Shown one piece after another: positions 62,435-64,000 of a DNA stretch of 64,000 bases; positions within the stretch are counted from its first letter, which is position 1; each line of letters begins with the position of its first letter. This stretch comes from Chlorokybus atmophyticus (lineage: Eukaryota > Plantae > Mesostigma and Chlorokybus algae), in the NCBI GenBank assembly GCA_009103225.1, contig RHPI01002368.1, positions 339,397-403,396 on the forward strand, read 5' to 3'. The position numbers were made by a program, and so were the translations under genes. The notes beneath the pieces were generated by a model. That model had not been told where the DNA came from. It saw only the letters and a program-made list of their open reading frames with translations, and did no database searches.

Positions 62435-63792
62435 ATGGCTGAGGACGTTCATCACCGCAGGCGGCCGCCGCCGCCCAGGCCTGGTCGGCCTGGTTGGCCT
62501 GGCCGACTGCTAGGCTTTCTGCTGGTTGCTCTTCCACTTCTGTGCCAAGTGAGTTTACTCAAAACCCTCAAATAATCTCTCACGCAGGATCGTTTCTCGA
62601 TGAAAAGATTAACCAGATCTACTGAAGCAGTAATGCAATCTGGTAGATCCAAACATATTACACCAACAAGAGACTTGCCCTGGACTTCAAGTACCTGTGT
62701 ACGTCTACTCACTCAACAACGACGGCGTTTGAGCCAATAATTCATAACACACACAATCAACATTTTTGAACAGCCAGTCTAGTGGTCGCCTTGGTTGTGT
62801 GCTCACCCATTGCTGTTGCTTTTGAGCAACTCTATTCTGGCTACACAACCTGGCACACACGCACGCACACGCACACACGCGCACTCGCAAACGCATGCGC
62901 AAACCCACACCCACACCCACACTCTCGCTCAGCTCCACTCCTGTGCCGCCGAGACGTGGATCCAGCAGCTTCTCCGTCGGCCATCCGCGTCAGACGTGAG
63001 CGAGGAGGGGAGCGCTGTTGCTGGTGGTCATGTTGGGGGTGTTGTGCATGGGCCTCTAGTCAACAAACCAGGTGAGTGGGGGNGGGGGGGGGGGGAGAAG
63101 TGTGTGCGTGTTTGATTGTCTTTATTAAAATCACAGTAGTAGTAATAGTAGTAAAGGTACTACTAGTTTGTGGTACTGTTCCTGCTGCTAATGGCAGTTC
63201 TGAGTGGATTGGTTGTACTACGGGTGTCACTACTACCACTGTTTTCTGCGACTCATACTGGCAGTAGTAGTGATACTGACTACTGGTCTTTCCACCAATA
63301 GTGATAGCGAAGGCGATGGTGCTACAAGAGCTGGTATGGCTGTTACCATTAAGCATTGATAGCAGTGGTCACCTAGTGCCAGTTTGTACTGGGATCAGTA
63401 TTGGTATAGTACCGAATAGTAGTAGAAGCGGTACTGGTACTGGTACTGGTACCTCTACCACTACCACTACCACCAATAGTGCTGGTACTAGTACTCGGCC
63501 AGTACTACTGGCACTATCACAAGCACCACAGTACTGGTACCAGCTCTATGACACAACTGTATAACGTGCACAAGCAGCATCACGCAAAGTAAAAACACAC
63601 AAAGTAGTGACTCCTCTCTCGCTCTATATCTATTTCTCACACTCGTGTTGCCGGGTGTTGCTGTGTAGGCGTAGTGCAAACGATCATCACGGGACGACTG
63701 CGCGAACGCGATCTGGTGAGACATGGGATTGATGATGTAGAACACCGTATGGGTTGTTGTATTGTGTCAGTGGGTTGTGGTAGAATACAACT
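62435..63792 (+). CDS. Unknown protein, 5' part, possible signal peptide; continues beyond the window
   Basis: Phase-consistent exons 62435-62548 (MAEDVHH...RLLGFLLVALPLLCQ) and 62933-63071 (LHSCAAETWIQQLL...), then probable exons at ~63668-63714 (GVVQTIITGRLRERDL) and ~63770-63791 (WVVVEYN). No family recognised. Confidence 0.5.

Positions 63793-64000
<208 letters not shown>

Overview
Eukaryotic, intron-rich genomic DNA from a photosynthetic green-lineage organism, most likely a green alga (inferred from a thylakoid PsbP-domain gene, a plastid-type EF-P, and plant-type RSZ, PDIL5-1-like and TIO-like genes). It uses the standard genetic code. I reconstructed 12 recognisable spliced protein-coding genes by eye: Fused/TIO kinase (5'-truncated), YdjM-like membrane hydrolase, La, Pinin, mitochondrial ATP synthase epsilon, RSZ-type SR protein, histidine phosphatase/PGM-like, PsbP-domain protein, SRR1, PP4R2, single-domain PDI and EF-P. 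There is also the start of an unknown, probably secreted protein. Most genes sit in tight head-to-head pairs, and transposable elements are confined to the other intergenic gaps. These include a young 505-bp TRIM, a decayed Penelope-like element with an N-terminal GIY-YIG domain, a decayed Ty3/gypsy chromovirus, an internally deleted Ty1/copia element and a 1.2-kb TIR element with a 7-bp TSD. The most novel-looking observation is the TRIM. It shares termini, PPT and PBS context with the chromovirus, and it appears to assemble a tRNA-type Pol III promoter across its 5' LTR/PBS junction. All calls come from manual reading with no database searches, so inner exon boundaries are approximate.
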